A stretch of DNA of 64,000 nt. Source: Bacteroidaceae bacterium. Its GTDB lineage: Bacteria; Bacteroidota; Bacteroidia; Bacteroidales; Bacteroidaceae. The position numbers and the translations under genes are program-made. The stretch spans positions 3,477-67,476 of the forward strand of contig JAFXDL010000051.1 in NCBI GenBank assembly GCA_017516265.1, read 5' to 3'. Position 1 is the first letter of the stretch; every line of letters begins with the position of its first letter. The notes under the pieces were generated by a model. That model saw only the letters and a program-made list of their open reading frames with translations, was not told the DNA's origin and made no database searches. Below, in pieces: positions 11,605 through 21,108 of the stretch.

Positions 11605-11649
11605 TCTTTGAAAAAAACAGAGAGAAAAAAGATTATAAATAAGAGTAGA

Positions 11650-11692
11650 AGCGGATTGTGCGATGGGAAAATGTCGTGCAGTCCGCTTTTTG
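11650..11692 (+). terminator. Rho-independent terminator after ompA-family gene
   Basis: AGCGGATTGTGCGAT...GTCGTGCAGTCCGCT followed by TTTT. Confidence 0.7.
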
Positions 11693-11708
11693 TTTTTGGG
11701 GGGCTGGC

Positions 11709-11823
11709 AATTCTAGAAAATCTAGCAATTCTAGTAATTCTAGAAAATCTAGCATTCTAAAAGCTCTAGCATTCTAGAAACTCTAGTATCTCTAGAACCT
11801 CTAGAACCTCTAGAATTTCTAGC
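11709..11823. repeat. 9-bp period CTAG tandem array
   Basis: About 12 TCTAG units spaced 8-9 nt apart. Sister arrays at 33155-33215 and 41941-42016. Confidence 0.85.
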
Positions 11824-11835
11824 CAATTAAAAAAA

Positions 11836-12537
11836 ATGCAAGATATGTTGAAAAAGGTTTGGCGGGTGGTCCGCTGTTTATTGGTACTGTTTTTTGTCAG
11901 TTCCATTGGAGCGGTGGTTCTGTATAAGTTTGTTCCGGTGACTTATACTCCGCTGATGTTTATCCGCTGTATGCAGCAGTGGATGGACGACAAGCCGGTA
12001 AAGATGGAGCATAAGTGGGTTTCGCGCGACAACATTTCGCCTCATTTGCCAATGGCTGTGATAGCTTCAGAGGACAATCTGTTTGCTGAGCATTGCGGTT
12101 TTGACTTCGAACAGATTGAGAAGGCTATTGAGGAACACCGCAAGGGTAAGCCTTTACGCGGAGCAAGTACCATCAGCCAACAGACTGCAAAGAATGTTTT
12201 CCTCTGGCCATCGTCAGACTGGGTGCGAAAAGGACTTGAAGTTTATTTTACATTGTTGATAGAACTTCTTTGGGATAAAGAGCGTATCATGGAGGTGTAT
12301 CTCAACTCCATTGAAATGGCTCCAGGCATTTATGGTGCTGAAGCGGTAGCCAAAGCTCACTTCGGTACAGATGCAAAGTCGCTCAACCGCACGCAATGTG
12401 CCCTTATAGCAGCTTCGTTGCCCAATCCGTTGAAGTTTGACTCGGCTCATCCCTCGAACTACATGAACAAGCGCAAGCAGCAAATCTTGAGGCTTATGAG
12501 GCTGGTGAAACCTTTCTCGTTCAATGAGAGGAAGTGA
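11836..12537 (+). CDS. mtgA: Monofunctional peptidoglycan transglycosylase
   Basis: N-terminal TM. GT51 motifs [27 protein letters not shown] and EVYLN. Confidence 0.95.
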   Translation: MQDMLKKVWRVVRCLLVLFFVSSIGAVVLYKFVPVTYTPLMFIRCMQQWMDDKPVKMEHKWVSRDNISPHLPMAVIASEDNLFAEHCGFDFEQIEKAIEEHRKGKPLRGASTISQQTAKNVFLWPSSDWVRKGLEVYFTLLIELLWDKERIMEVYLNSIEMAPGIYGAEAVAKAHFGTDAKSLNRTQCALIAASLPNPLKFDSAHPSNYMNKRKQQILRLMRLVKPFSFNERK

Positions 12538-12559
12538 ATGCTAGGCTGTGGTGTGTAGT

Positions 12560-12680
12560 AGCTATAGTATTTATAGTGGCTATAGTATTTATAGTGGCTA
12601 TGGGAACTATAGAAACTATAGTATTTATAGAAACTATAGGAACTATACTTAACTATAGGAACTATAGTAACTATATAACT
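12560..12680. repeat. 9-bp period CTATAG/TTATAG tandem array
   Basis: Visible array GCTATAGTATTTATAGTGGCTATAG...AACTATAGG after the mtgA stop. Confidence 0.8.
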
Positions 12681-12711
12681 CTCTCTTAGCCACTTCCCCT
12701 TTATAAAAGAC

Positions 12712-12808
12712 AAAAAAAGAGAGGTCTCACATCACTGTGGAACCTCTCACGGTAGTATTTCTACTTGGTACTAACTTTTTTAAGGTAAAAAGATTGTTTT
12801 AGGATAAC
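12712..12808 (-). ncRNA. Candidate stand-alone small RNA (~95 nt)
   Basis: Minus-strand -7 box TACCTTTG (12814-12821) with no credible ORF behind it. It ends in a GAGAGGTTCCACA/TGTGAGACCTCTC hairpin plus T7. Confidence 0.55.
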
Positions 12809-13042
12809 GGCTGCAAAGGTAAGCCTTTTATGACGAGTGGCCAAAATAAAAAATATGTTATAAAACATACGTGTACATATATTCGGACAAATCGTTTTGT
12901 CATTCTTCCTACTCTTCTTCTTTCCGTTCGCGTGTGTAACCTATTAAATGAAAATATTTGTGGGATAACATGGTGGATATACGCAAAAAAATGACTATTT
13001 TTGCATCTTCAAAAAAAGAACGAAAATAAACATTTTATTGAA

Positions 13043-14788
13043 ATGACAGAAAATATTGCAACAGAGAGTACCGAGAAAAAGAGCCTGAACTTCATTGAAC
13101 AGGCTATAGAGAAGGATTTGAAGGATGGTAAAAATGGTGGACGTGTACAGACACGCTTTCCGCCTGAACCTAACGGATACCTGCATATTGGCGATGCCAA
13201 AGCCATCTGTATGGACTTTGGTGCGGCTGCACGCTATGGCGGTGTGTGTAACCTCCGCTTTGATGACACCAACCCTACAAAGGAAGATACCGAATACGTA
13301 GAAGCCATCAAGGAAGACATCCAGTGGCTGGGTTTCCAATGGGGTAACGAGTATTATGCCAGCGACTATTTCCAGCAGTTGTGGGACTTTGCCGTACAGC
13401 TCATCAAGGAAGGAAAAGCTTACATTGACGAACAGACTGCTGAGGAGATTGCCCAACAGAAAGGTACTCCTACCCTACCCGGTACAGACAGTCCCTATCG
13501 TAACCGTCCCGCAGAAGAAAGCTTGGCTCTGTTTGAAAAAATGAATACAGGCGAAATCGAAGAAGGACGCATGGTATTGCGTGCCAAGATAGATATGGCT
13601 AGTCCAAACATGCACTTCCGCGACCCTATCATCTATCGTGTGGTAAACCATCCGCACCATCGTACGGGTACTACATGGAAGGCTTATCCCATGTATGACT
13701 TTGCACACGGACAGAGCGACTACTTCGAAGGAGTGACACACTCACTCTGTACCCTTGAGTTTGTTCCTCACCGTCCGCTTTACGACCTCTTCGTTGATTG
13801 GGTGAAGAATGGTGAAGACCTTGATGACAACCGTCCGCACCAGTACGAGTTCAACAAGCTGAACCTCAACTATACCCTTATGAGCAAGCGAAACCTGCTT
13901 ATCCTTGTCAAGGAAGGTCTGGTTAACGGTTGGGACGACCCTCGTATGCCGACTATTTGTGGTTTCCGCAGACGTGGATATTCACCCGAAAGTATCCGCA
14001 ACTTTGTGGATAAAATCGGTTATACCACCTATGATGCCTTGAACGACTTTGCCTTGCTTGAAAGTGCAGTCCGTGATGACCTCAACCAGCGGGCAACTCG
14101 CGTAAGTGCGGTGCTTGACCCCGTGAAACTCGTCATTACCAACTATCCCGAAGACAAGGTGGAGATGCTCACTGCTGTAAACAATCCTGAGAACGAAGCT
14201 GACGGAACACACGAAGTTGCCTTCAGTCGTGAACTTTGGATTGAACGCGATGACTTCATGGAAGTAGCTGAAAAGAAGTTCATGCGATTGGCTCCCGGTA
14301 AGGAAGTACGTCTGAAGAATGCATACATCATCAAGTGTGACGAAAACCATCCTTGTGACAAAGATGCTGACGGACGTGTGACTACCATCTACTGTACCTA
14401 CGACCCTGAAACACGTAGCGGACAACCCGGAGCAGACCGCAAAATCAAGGGTAAGACACTGCATTGGGTAAGCTGCAATCATTGCTTGAAAGCCGAAGTA
14501 CGCCTTTACGACCGTTTGTGGACAGCAGAGAATCCGCGTGATGAACTGGCTGCTATCCGCGAAGCCAAAGGTTGCGATGCTTTGGAGGCCATGAAGGAGA
14601 TGATAAACCCCGACTCCTTGAAGGTGCTTACCGAATGTTACGTAGAGCAGTTCCTGGCTACAGCCAAACCCTTGGACTACTTGCAGTTCCAACGTATCGG
14701 ATACTTCAACGTTGACAAAGACTCAACTCCCGAACACCTTGTGTTCAACCGTACCGTGGGACTGAAGGATACCTGGAGTAAGAAGTGA
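13043..14788 (+). CDS. glnS: Glutamine--tRNA ligase
   Basis: TRFPPEPNGYLHIG, RFDDTNP, YPMYDFAH, CTLEF, MSKR and QFQRIGYF. ATG 13043 follows the -7 box at 12996-13003. Confidence 0.97.
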   Translation: MTENIATESTEKKSLNFIEQAIEKDLKDGKNGGRVQTRFPPEPNGYLHIGDAKAICMDFGAAARYGGVCNLRFDDTNPTKEDTEYVEAIKEDIQWLGFQWGNEYYASDYFQQLWDFAVQLIKEGKAYIDEQTAEEIAQQKGTPTLPGTDSPYRNRPAEESLALFEKMNTGEIEEGRMVLRAKIDMASPNMHFRDPIIYRVVNHPHHRTGTTWKAYPMYDFAHGQSDYFEGVTHSLCTLEFVPHRPLYDLFVDWVKNGEDLDDNRPHQYEFNKLNLNYTLMSKRNLLILVKEGLVNGWDDPRMPTICGFRRRGYSPESIRNFVDKIGYTTYDALNDFALLESAVRDDLNQRATRVSAVLDPVKLVITNYPEDKVEMLTAVNNPENEADGTHEVAFSRELWIERDDFMEVAEKKFMRLAPGKEVRLKNAYIIKCDENHPCDKDADGRVTTIYCTYDPETRSGQPGADRKIKGKTLHWVSCNHCLKAEVRLYDRLWTAENPRDELAAIREAKGCDALEAMKEMINPDSLKVLTECYVEQFLATAKPLDYLQFQRIGYFNVDKDSTPEHLVFNRTVGLKDTWSKK

Positions 14789-14876
14789 TTTAGTGAGTTG
14801 GTGAGTTAGTTAGTTGGTGAGTTAGTTAGTTGGTTTGTGTGAAGAAGAATATAACGTATTCAAGTTTTGACAGACG

Positions 14877-16022
14877 ATGACAGAAAAGGAATATACCGCA
14901 TATTTTGAAAAGCCCGAATTCAAGGCTATATTGGCGCGATACGAAGCTATGGAGGCCAGTGGGGAGAAATCGTACTTTGACCCCGAACAACTGACTGACA
15001 TAGCCGAGTACTACGCTACACGCAACCGCGAGAAGGATGCAGAACTGGTCATTGACTATGCCTTGGCTATGCATCCTGGCAGTACTGACCCGCTTATCTT
15101 CAGAGCACGCACCTATATGCTCAAGGGAGACATTGATACAGCTCGTCTGATAGCAGAGTCAATCCCCGACCAGAAAGACCGCGAAGTCATCTTCCTGTAT
15201 GCCGAACTGATGTTGAACGAAAGCCGTCAGCGCGAAGCAGAAATGCTGCTCGTGGAAGAACTGCTTGCCAACGAAAAATCGCATAAGGAATATGTCTTTA
15301 CGGTACGCGACATCGTGGAACTCTATTTTGACTACGTCTATACCTCCGAAGCTACCGTATTGGTGCAGAAGACGATGGAAAAACTCAAACAAGAAGACGG
15401 CGACCCGAAACTCATGACAATGGCGCGGAATATCTTTGTCGACTGTTTGTGGAACGAAGGCAGGCTGGACGAAACCATCGAGCAGTACAACATCCTGTTG
15501 GACGAAAATCCTTACGGCATACCCTATTGGATTGGCCTCGGATACGTCTATAACCAGATGGAAAAGTATGAACAAGCACTCGAATCCCTCGACTATGCCT
15601 TGGCCGTTGACCCCGAATGTTTGGAGGCTCTGTTTGTAAAGGGACATTCCTATGCCCTGCTCGGTAACACGGAAAAAGCGCTTGAACTCTATCGCATCTG
15701 CCTCAAGAAAGGGTATGACAAGCCACTTACGAGCTACACTTGCGGAGTCTTGGAAATAGCTTTGGGGTTTCATGATGAAGCCATTGCCCATCTTGAATAC
15801 GCCTATTCGGTGTATGGCGACACTTCGTTCTACTCCTTCTCCATCTGCTTCAATCTGGCTATAGCCAACATCAAAGTGGGAGACCTGCAACGTGCAGCCG
15901 CCTATTATTACCGTGCCTATCAGATTAATCCCGATGATGAAACACTGGCAGAACTCATGGGACAGATAAACCGAAACGATGACGACGACGACAAAAAAAG
16001 AATCATTATTGTTGACAAATAA
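14877..16022 (+). CDS. Tetratricopeptide repeat protein
   Basis: Multiple TPR-like helices (YWIGLGYVYNQMEKYEQALESLDYALAVDP etc.). The glnS-TPR-dedA order is typical of Bacteroidales. Confidence 0.85.
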   Translation: MTEKEYTAYFEKPEFKAILARYEAMEASGEKSYFDPEQLTDIAEYYATRNREKDAELVIDYALAMHPGSTDPLIFRARTYMLKGDIDTARLIAESIPDQKDREVIFLYAELMLNESRQREAEMLLVEELLANEKSHKEYVFTVRDIVELYFDYVYTSEATVLVQKTMEKLKQEDGDPKLMTMARNIFVDCLWNEGRLDETIEQYNILLDENPYGIPYWIGLGYVYNQMEKYEQALESLDYALAVDPECLEALFVKGHSYALLGNTEKALELYRICLKKGYDKPLTSYTCGVLEIALGFHDEAIAHLEYAYSVYGDTSFYSFSICFNLAIANIKVGDLQRAAAYYYRAYQINPDDETLAELMGQINRNDDDDDKKRIIIVDK

Positions 16023-16031
16023 GAAAAAGAC

Positions 16032-16691
16032 ATGGAATCAGTAGCATTCATCCAATGGTGTCTCGAACACCTCAACTATTGGACCATCACCCTTTTGATG
16101 GCCATTGAAAGTTCATTCATACCCTTTCCGTCAGAAGTGGTAGTACCTCCAGCTGCATGGAAAGCCGCTGCAGGCGATGGCGGACTCAATGTCTATCTGG
16201 TAGTACTGTTTGCTACCATCGGAGCCAACATCGGTGCTCTTATCAATTACTTTCTTGCCAAATGGTTGGGTCGCCCCATCGTATATAAGTTTGCAAACAG
16301 CCGCTTCGGTCACATGTGCCTCATTGATGAAGCCAAGGTACAACATGCTGAAGAATTTTTTGACAAACACGGAGCCATAGCCACCTTCATCGGACGATTG
16401 ATACCTGCAGTACGCCAGCTCATATCCATACCCGCAGGTCTGGCACGCATGAAACTTGGTACATTCCTCCTCTTCACAACCTTAGGTGCAGGTATTTGGA
16501 ATACAGTACTTGCAGCCATCGGGCACTACCTCTCCAAAGTACCTGGCATCGAAACCGAAGAACAACTGCTGGAGAAAGTCAATGAATACAGCCACGAGAT
16601 AGGTCTCGTATGCATAGCCTTGGCTGTCTTCGTTGTTGGTTTCCTCATCTACAAAGGAACCGTAGGCCACAAGAAGAGCGTCACCAAGTAA
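16032..16691 (+). CDS. dedA: DedA family membrane protein
   Basis: ESSFIPFPSE, F.GRLIPAVRQLISIPAG and several TM helices. Confidence 0.92.
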   Translation: MESVAFIQWCLEHLNYWTITLLMAIESSFIPFPSEVVVPPAAWKAAAGDGGLNVYLVVLFATIGANIGALINYFLAKWLGRPIVYKFANSRFGHMCLIDEAKVQHAEEFFDKHGAIATFIGRLIPAVRQLISIPAGLARMKLGTFLLFTTLGAGIWNTVLAAIGHYLSKVPGIETEEQLLEKVNEYSHEIGLVCIALAVFVVGFLIYKGTVGHKKSVTK

Positions 16692-16750
16692 ACCTGTCTT
16701 TCTTCTTCCCGAAAGGAAAAGACTTGGGATAAAGTCCCGAAAACAAACTA

Positions 16751-16957
16751 GGGATGAACGACATACATCCATGGGATGAACGATAAAGAGTCGGCACTTC
16801 TTTATAGAACATGCGCCGCTTGAACAGGCTTCATCCACGGGATGAACGACATACAGTCGTGGAATGAATGACATACAGTCATGGAATGAATGACATACAG
16901 TCATGGAATGAATGACATACAGTCGTGGAATGAATGACATACAGTCATGGAATGAAC
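16751..16957. repeat. Dispersed element with five 22-bp tandem units (copy 2)
   Basis: GACATACAGTC(A/G)TGGAATGAA(T/C) x5 at 16848-16957, preceded by the unique segment shared with 8733-8800. Confidence 0.9.
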
Positions 16958-16972
16958 GAGGTTCATTCATAG

Positions 16973-17006
16973 AATGAGGGTATATCAAAATACCCTCATT
17001 TTTTTT
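16973..17006 (+). terminator. Rho-independent terminator after dedA
   Basis: AATGAGGGTAT / ATACCCTCATT stem followed by a T-run. Confidence 0.7.
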
Positions 17007-17039
17007 CCCTTATTATTTCCACATATGCAAGAAAACGCG

Positions 17040-17047
17040 TATCTTTG
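17040..17047 (+). promoter_or_regulatory. -7 box of the kinase/AAA operon
   Basis: TATCTTTG 58 nt upstream of ATG 17105, right after the dedA terminator. Confidence 0.65.
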
Positions 17048-17104
17048 CTTCGTCGTATTGGTGACAGCATAATAAAGCTTTATTTCTAAACCTACTGGAA
17101 CGTC

Positions 17105-17998
17105 ATGGAAGAACAGAAACAACATCAACAGCAATACCGTACATACGAAACCCCGGAAACCCCTTCAGTACAGGAGTCTGTACGGATGGAGGAGGTCACT
17201 CGTGTATGTCCTCATTGTGGTACCGTGAATGAACCCGATTCACTCTTTTGTGAAGAATGTGGAACAGCTCTGGGACATAGCCGCTTGTGTCCCAATTGTC
17301 GCCAACCGCTGGATTTGTTGGCAGACTTTTGTGAGCATTGCAAGACATACGTATGCAGCCAACGATGCTCGTTTTGCGGAGCAGAAGTAGCTGAAACTGA
17401 TGCCTTTTGTCCCGAATGTGGAGCTTCACGCGAAGGTATAGTCTGTCCCGCTTGTAGTACACGCAGTCCTTTCAGCTATTGTAGGGTATGCGGACTTCCG
17501 TTGACCGAAGAAGCCAAACGCTTGAGCCGCATGGTACACGAAGAACCCATGTGGAGACAGATGGATGCATTGGCCTCGGAACTGGAAAGTCTGATGAAGA
17601 TTATCCCCGCCGATACACAACAACAGATTGACCGCAATCAGCAGAACGAAGAACTCTGTCGCAGAGTACGCGACTTGTTAGGTCGTCCCGACCCTACTGA
17701 TGGCAGACGTGACATAACCTTGCGTTTGGGTGAAACCAGTGAAGAAATCAGCGAACGCATAGCCAAGAAACGGCGCGAGTTGCAGGATATGCTGGATGCA
17801 GTAGCCGTACAACCACAAGAAAACCCCATCTTGACACGCAACTTTGTCATGGCACGCAAGCCTACCTCTACTCGTGTGGGATGGAAATGCAACTTCAAGC
17901 AAGTGGTACACAGCAGTCCGTGCGGATGCTCATGTCCTCAACTTGGAGGCAAGTGGGTAGTACTGGGACACGGTACAAAAGTGGAGGATGATTTCTAA
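17105..17998 (+). CDS. Multi (double) zinc-ribbon protein with coiled coil and Cys-rich C-terminus
   Basis: Four CxxC...CxxC ribbons (CPHC/CEEC, CPNC/CEHC, CSFC/CPEC, CPAC/CRVC), a helical mid-region and a C-terminal CNFKQVVHSSPCGCSCP. Confidence 0.85.
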   Translation: MEEQKQHQQQYRTYETPETPSVQESVRMEEVTRVCPHCGTVNEPDSLFCEECGTALGHSRLCPNCRQPLDLLADFCEHCKTYVCSQRCSFCGAEVAETDAFCPECGASREGIVCPACSTRSPFSYCRVCGLPLTEEAKRLSRMVHEEPMWRQMDALASELESLMKIIPADTQQQIDRNQQNEELCRRVRDLLGRPDPTDGRRDITLRLGETSEEISERIAKKRRELQDMLDAVAVQPQENPILTRNFVMARKPTSTRVGWKCNFKQVVHSSPCGCSCPQLGGKWVVLGHGTKVEDDF

Positions 17999-18069
17999 AG
18001 AATCGGACAAACTCAAGTTTTTCATACAATCATAGGCAACTTTGTGGAATAAACAGACAACGCAAATAT

Positions 18070-21000
18070 ATGGACGAATACAGTACGCTGCACCTGACTT
18101 CGGAGTCAACACATCGGATGAACGCATCCGTCAATAAAGCAGAAAAAGAGGATGTGCACACGTCTGCGGTTGAAGAAGAAAAGACCAACCGCTTGCAGGA
18201 CACATCATCTGACAAAACCATAAAAAAGAGTGTTGCTCAAGAAGAAAAGACAACAACCATACCCGCACCGGATACGGCTACGTTCGTATTGGGCGGAAAG
18301 GCCTATCATGAAGTAAGGACACTGTCAAAGTCATCCGGCGAAGCTGAAGTGCTGTTGGTTGAGCGGCATGACAAGATGTATGTGCTGAAACTATACTATC
18401 CCGGATATGTCCCCGAAGAAGGTGTGTTGCAGATTGTCTGGAACATGGATTTCGAAATGATAGTCCGCCTCTATGACTACGGAAAGACCATCGTCAACGG
18501 TATTTCGCGCGAATACGAATTGCAAGAATGGCTCGAAGGCATATCGTTGGCAGACTATACGTTGGGAGGCGACTTGAAGAAGTTCAGACGGATAGCCCTT
18601 TCGGCAGCTGCTTCATTGGCCTATTGCCACAACTGCAACCTGATTCACAAGGATGTGAAACTGGGCAACTTCATTTTCAGGACAAAGGAAGCCGAGGAAC
18701 TGGTGCTTACCGACTTTGGTATCTCTACCCAAATGACAGATGCCAACTCGTTGCACAAGACAACCCAAGCACGTACTCCCATGTATGCCGCACCTGAAAT
18801 GTATGACAATGTCATCGATGGTGTTGTGGAAATTTCACCTGCTGCAGACTATTACTCCTTAGGTATAGTACTGTTCTTCCTCTGGTTAGGAAAGAACCCG
18901 TTCTCGGGCAACGAACGTTCGATGATGCGTATGAAGAGCGAAGGCAAGTTGCCAAATCTGGACCAACTGCCTGAGGAGGTACGCCAATTGGTACGAGGCT
19001 TGACGGTAGTGAATCCTGAAAAACGTTGGCGCTACGATGAAGTGGAGCGTTGGTTCAAGGGTGAAAAAGTGGAGATAGACGAAACATCCATCTACCTGCG
19101 ATACAAGTCCTTTGTCGTTGATTCTGAGAAGAATGTACTGGCTGCCAATGCACAAGAACTTGCCGAACTGTTGGCTGTACGCAGACATCTGGGTATCAAG
19201 TACCTCTATGGAAAACTCATATCGGCCTGGTTGGAAGAGTGTGGAAACCAGAAACTGGCCGTAGAGTTGGATGACATTGTTGACAAGCGCTATCCGCTCA
19301 ACCCCGAAGCAGGTTTTCAGGCTGCACTCTATACACTGGATGCCAAACTGCCCTATCGGGACAACAAAGGCAATGTGTGCAACAATATTCATGAAGTGGT
19401 GATGACCCTCCTTGCCAACATGGAGGACTACAAGGTGTTGTTGCAGGACGAAAACCATCCGTTGTACGTATATCTGGAGATGACGACCGAACTGGAAGTT
19501 TCCCGACTGAAAGAACATTTCAGGAACGACCCGCCGAATGTGGCTCTTTGGCGCATGATATACGAAGTGGATGACACGGTACCTTTCCTGCTTGACAAAC
19601 CATCAGGGACGGTTGATGAAGTCATCAGTGCATTTGCTGACCTCACCTGCCGCGAAGATGAATGGCAATCGTTGACGGACGGAAGGTTGCTTTCGTGGAT
19701 ATACTACAAATGTGACCCTCTGCTGTACGTAGAACTGAAGGAGATATATGACAAGCATCTCCCCTATTCCCGTTCATTGGCTTACCGCGTGCTCTATCTG
19801 ATGAACCGTGGTATAGGCTTTGACCTTCACGATGCCTGCGAACGTATGCAGGTAGCCGCACTGATGTCAAACCAACTGACCAAATGCCAATTCTGCTCCG
19901 ATGAAGAATTTCGTGAACAGATGCAGGAATACATCGGCCCTGAAAGCCGTCTGGCATACTATGCTGAAATAAAGGGATGGAAAGACATCTGCATCATGCA
20001 ACGCCGCATCTTTGACCTCCATGCAACAGAGCATGTCACCCGATATGGAGTGTATGATATACGCACGGCTGCCTACCGGTTCTGCATGTTGTTGGGATGT
20101 GTGCCAGAGTATTACTTGCGTACTAACGGACAATTGATAGATTCGCTGGAACAGTATCAGGAACTGGACAACAAGACGAAGAAAGCCGAAATGCAACAGG
20201 GATGCATGAAACAATGGCTCACCGTATTTTTCCACGAAGACCCCTTTGAGCCTTTTGAGGAGAAACTCAGCTATGAACATGCATTGGAGGAATATCTGTA
20301 CGAAGTGGGTAAGGCGGACCCTGAAGACCCCTACTATTGCCGCTTCAAGTATGCCGAGGAAACAGCGCGTAAGAAACAGAAGTCATTGCAGATGGTAGCC
20401 ACATTGATAAGTGTACGCGAACGTTCGATGATGGTTTCTTTCGTAGCCATATCAGCCCTGCTCTGTCTGTTGTTGATGGTGTTCGGATATTCCAACCCTG
20501 CCCGACTGATGCAGATGGCTCCCTTCTCAGTAGGGGTGCCTGTAGGATTCTTCTTTATGCTGTTGGCTGTTTCGTGGAGTTATTTCCATGGTCATGGCTT
20601 CTTGGCAGGTACAGTGTTGGGCGGACTTGGATTAGGAGTAGGTGCCATACCTGTAGTAGTGATGCGTCTGGTAGGCGAAACCTATCCCAATTGGTTGGTA
20701 ACCGTTTCCATATTCATGGTATTGGTCGGATTGCTGACTGGAGTATTGTTCGGACGTGCCAAGTCGTTGTACAAGTACAGTGAACTGAAGCCCCTTTTCC
20801 AAAAGAACTCACAATCCATGTTGTTGGATTCGCTCTACTACACATTCCGTCAGAAGAACCATCGTTTCAAGGGCTCAAACTACAAGGCGCTGGAAGATGC
20901 CGTCAGTGTGATGAATGCCACGAAGATAGAGTTCATGATTCACTACGTGCTATGGATTCTTATGATGAGTTCGTTGGTCATCTTGTTTGTCTGTTTCCAT

Positions 21001-21078
21001 GAGAGTCTTTTGAATTGGCCAACTCCAGACTTGCATGCCTTCACGAATGACATATTACAATTTGTAAAGAACCTCTAA
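18070..21078 (+). CDS. Hanks-type Ser/Thr protein kinase, non-RD, with helical repeats and C-terminal TM helices
   Basis: SGEAEV loop, VLK Lys, HKDVKLGN catalytic loop, DFG, YAAPE and DYYSLG. About 4-5 hydrophobic TM segments in the C-terminal 220 aa. Confidence 0.9.
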   Translation: MDEYSTLHLTSESTHRMNASVNKAEKEDVHTSAVEEEKTNRLQDTSSDKTIKKSVAQEEKTTTIPAPDTATFVLGGKAYHEVRTLSKSSGEAEVLLVERHDKMYVLKLYYPGYVPEEGVLQIVWNMDFEMIVRLYDYGKTIVNGISREYELQEWLEGISLADYTLGGDLKKFRRIALSAAASLAYCHNCNLIHKDVKLGNFIFRTKEAEELVLTDFGISTQMTDANSLHKTTQARTPMYAAPEMYDNVIDGVVEISPAADYYSLGIVLFFLWLGKNPFSGNERSMMRMKSEGKLPNLDQLPEEVRQLVRGLTVVNPEKRWRYDEVERWFKGEKVEIDETSIYLRYKSFVVDSEKNVLAANAQELAELLAVRRHLGIKYLYGKLISAWLEECGNQKLAVELDDIVDKRYPLNPEAGFQAALYTLDAKLPYRDNKGNVCNNIHEVVMTLLANMEDYKVLLQDENHPLYVYLEMTTELEVSRLKEHFRNDPPNVALWRMIYEVDDTVPFLLDKPSGTVDEVISAFADLTCREDEWQSLTDGRLLSWIYYKCDPLLYVELKEIYDKHLPYSRSLAYRVLYLMNRGIGFDLHDACERMQVAALMSNQLTKCQFCSDEEFREQMQEYIGPESRLAYYAEIKGWKDICIMQRRIFDLHATEHVTRYGVYDIRTAAYRFCMLLGCVPEYYLRTNGQLIDSLEQYQELDNKTKKAEMQQGCMKQWLTVFFHEDPFEPFEEKLSYEHALEEYLYEVGKADPEDPYYCRFKYAEETARKKQKSLQMVATLISVRERSMMVSFVAISALLCLLLMVFGYSNPARLMQMAPFSVGVPVGFFFMLLAVSWSYFHGHGFLAGTVLGGLGLGVGAIPVVVMRLVGETYPNWLVTVSIFMVLVGLLTGVLFGRAKSLYKYSELKPLFQKNSQSMLLDSLYYTFRQKNHRFKGSNYKALEDAVSVMNATKIEFMIHYVLWILMMSSLVILFVCFHESLLNWPTPDLHAFTNDILQFVKNL

Positions 21079-21108
21079 CCCGATTCTCCCTCTTTTCAAG
21101 ATATAGCA

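Noticed and set aside
12459-12713. Tyr/Ser-rich ORF and other ORFs across repeat arrays (16482-16988, 8503-8847, 33039-33554)
   Set aside because: They are translations of tandem DNA repeats with no start context, and they overlap real genes.
16848-16957. 22-bp repeats as a CRISPR array
   Set aside because: The units are directly adjacent with no unique spacers, and there are no cas genes in the window.
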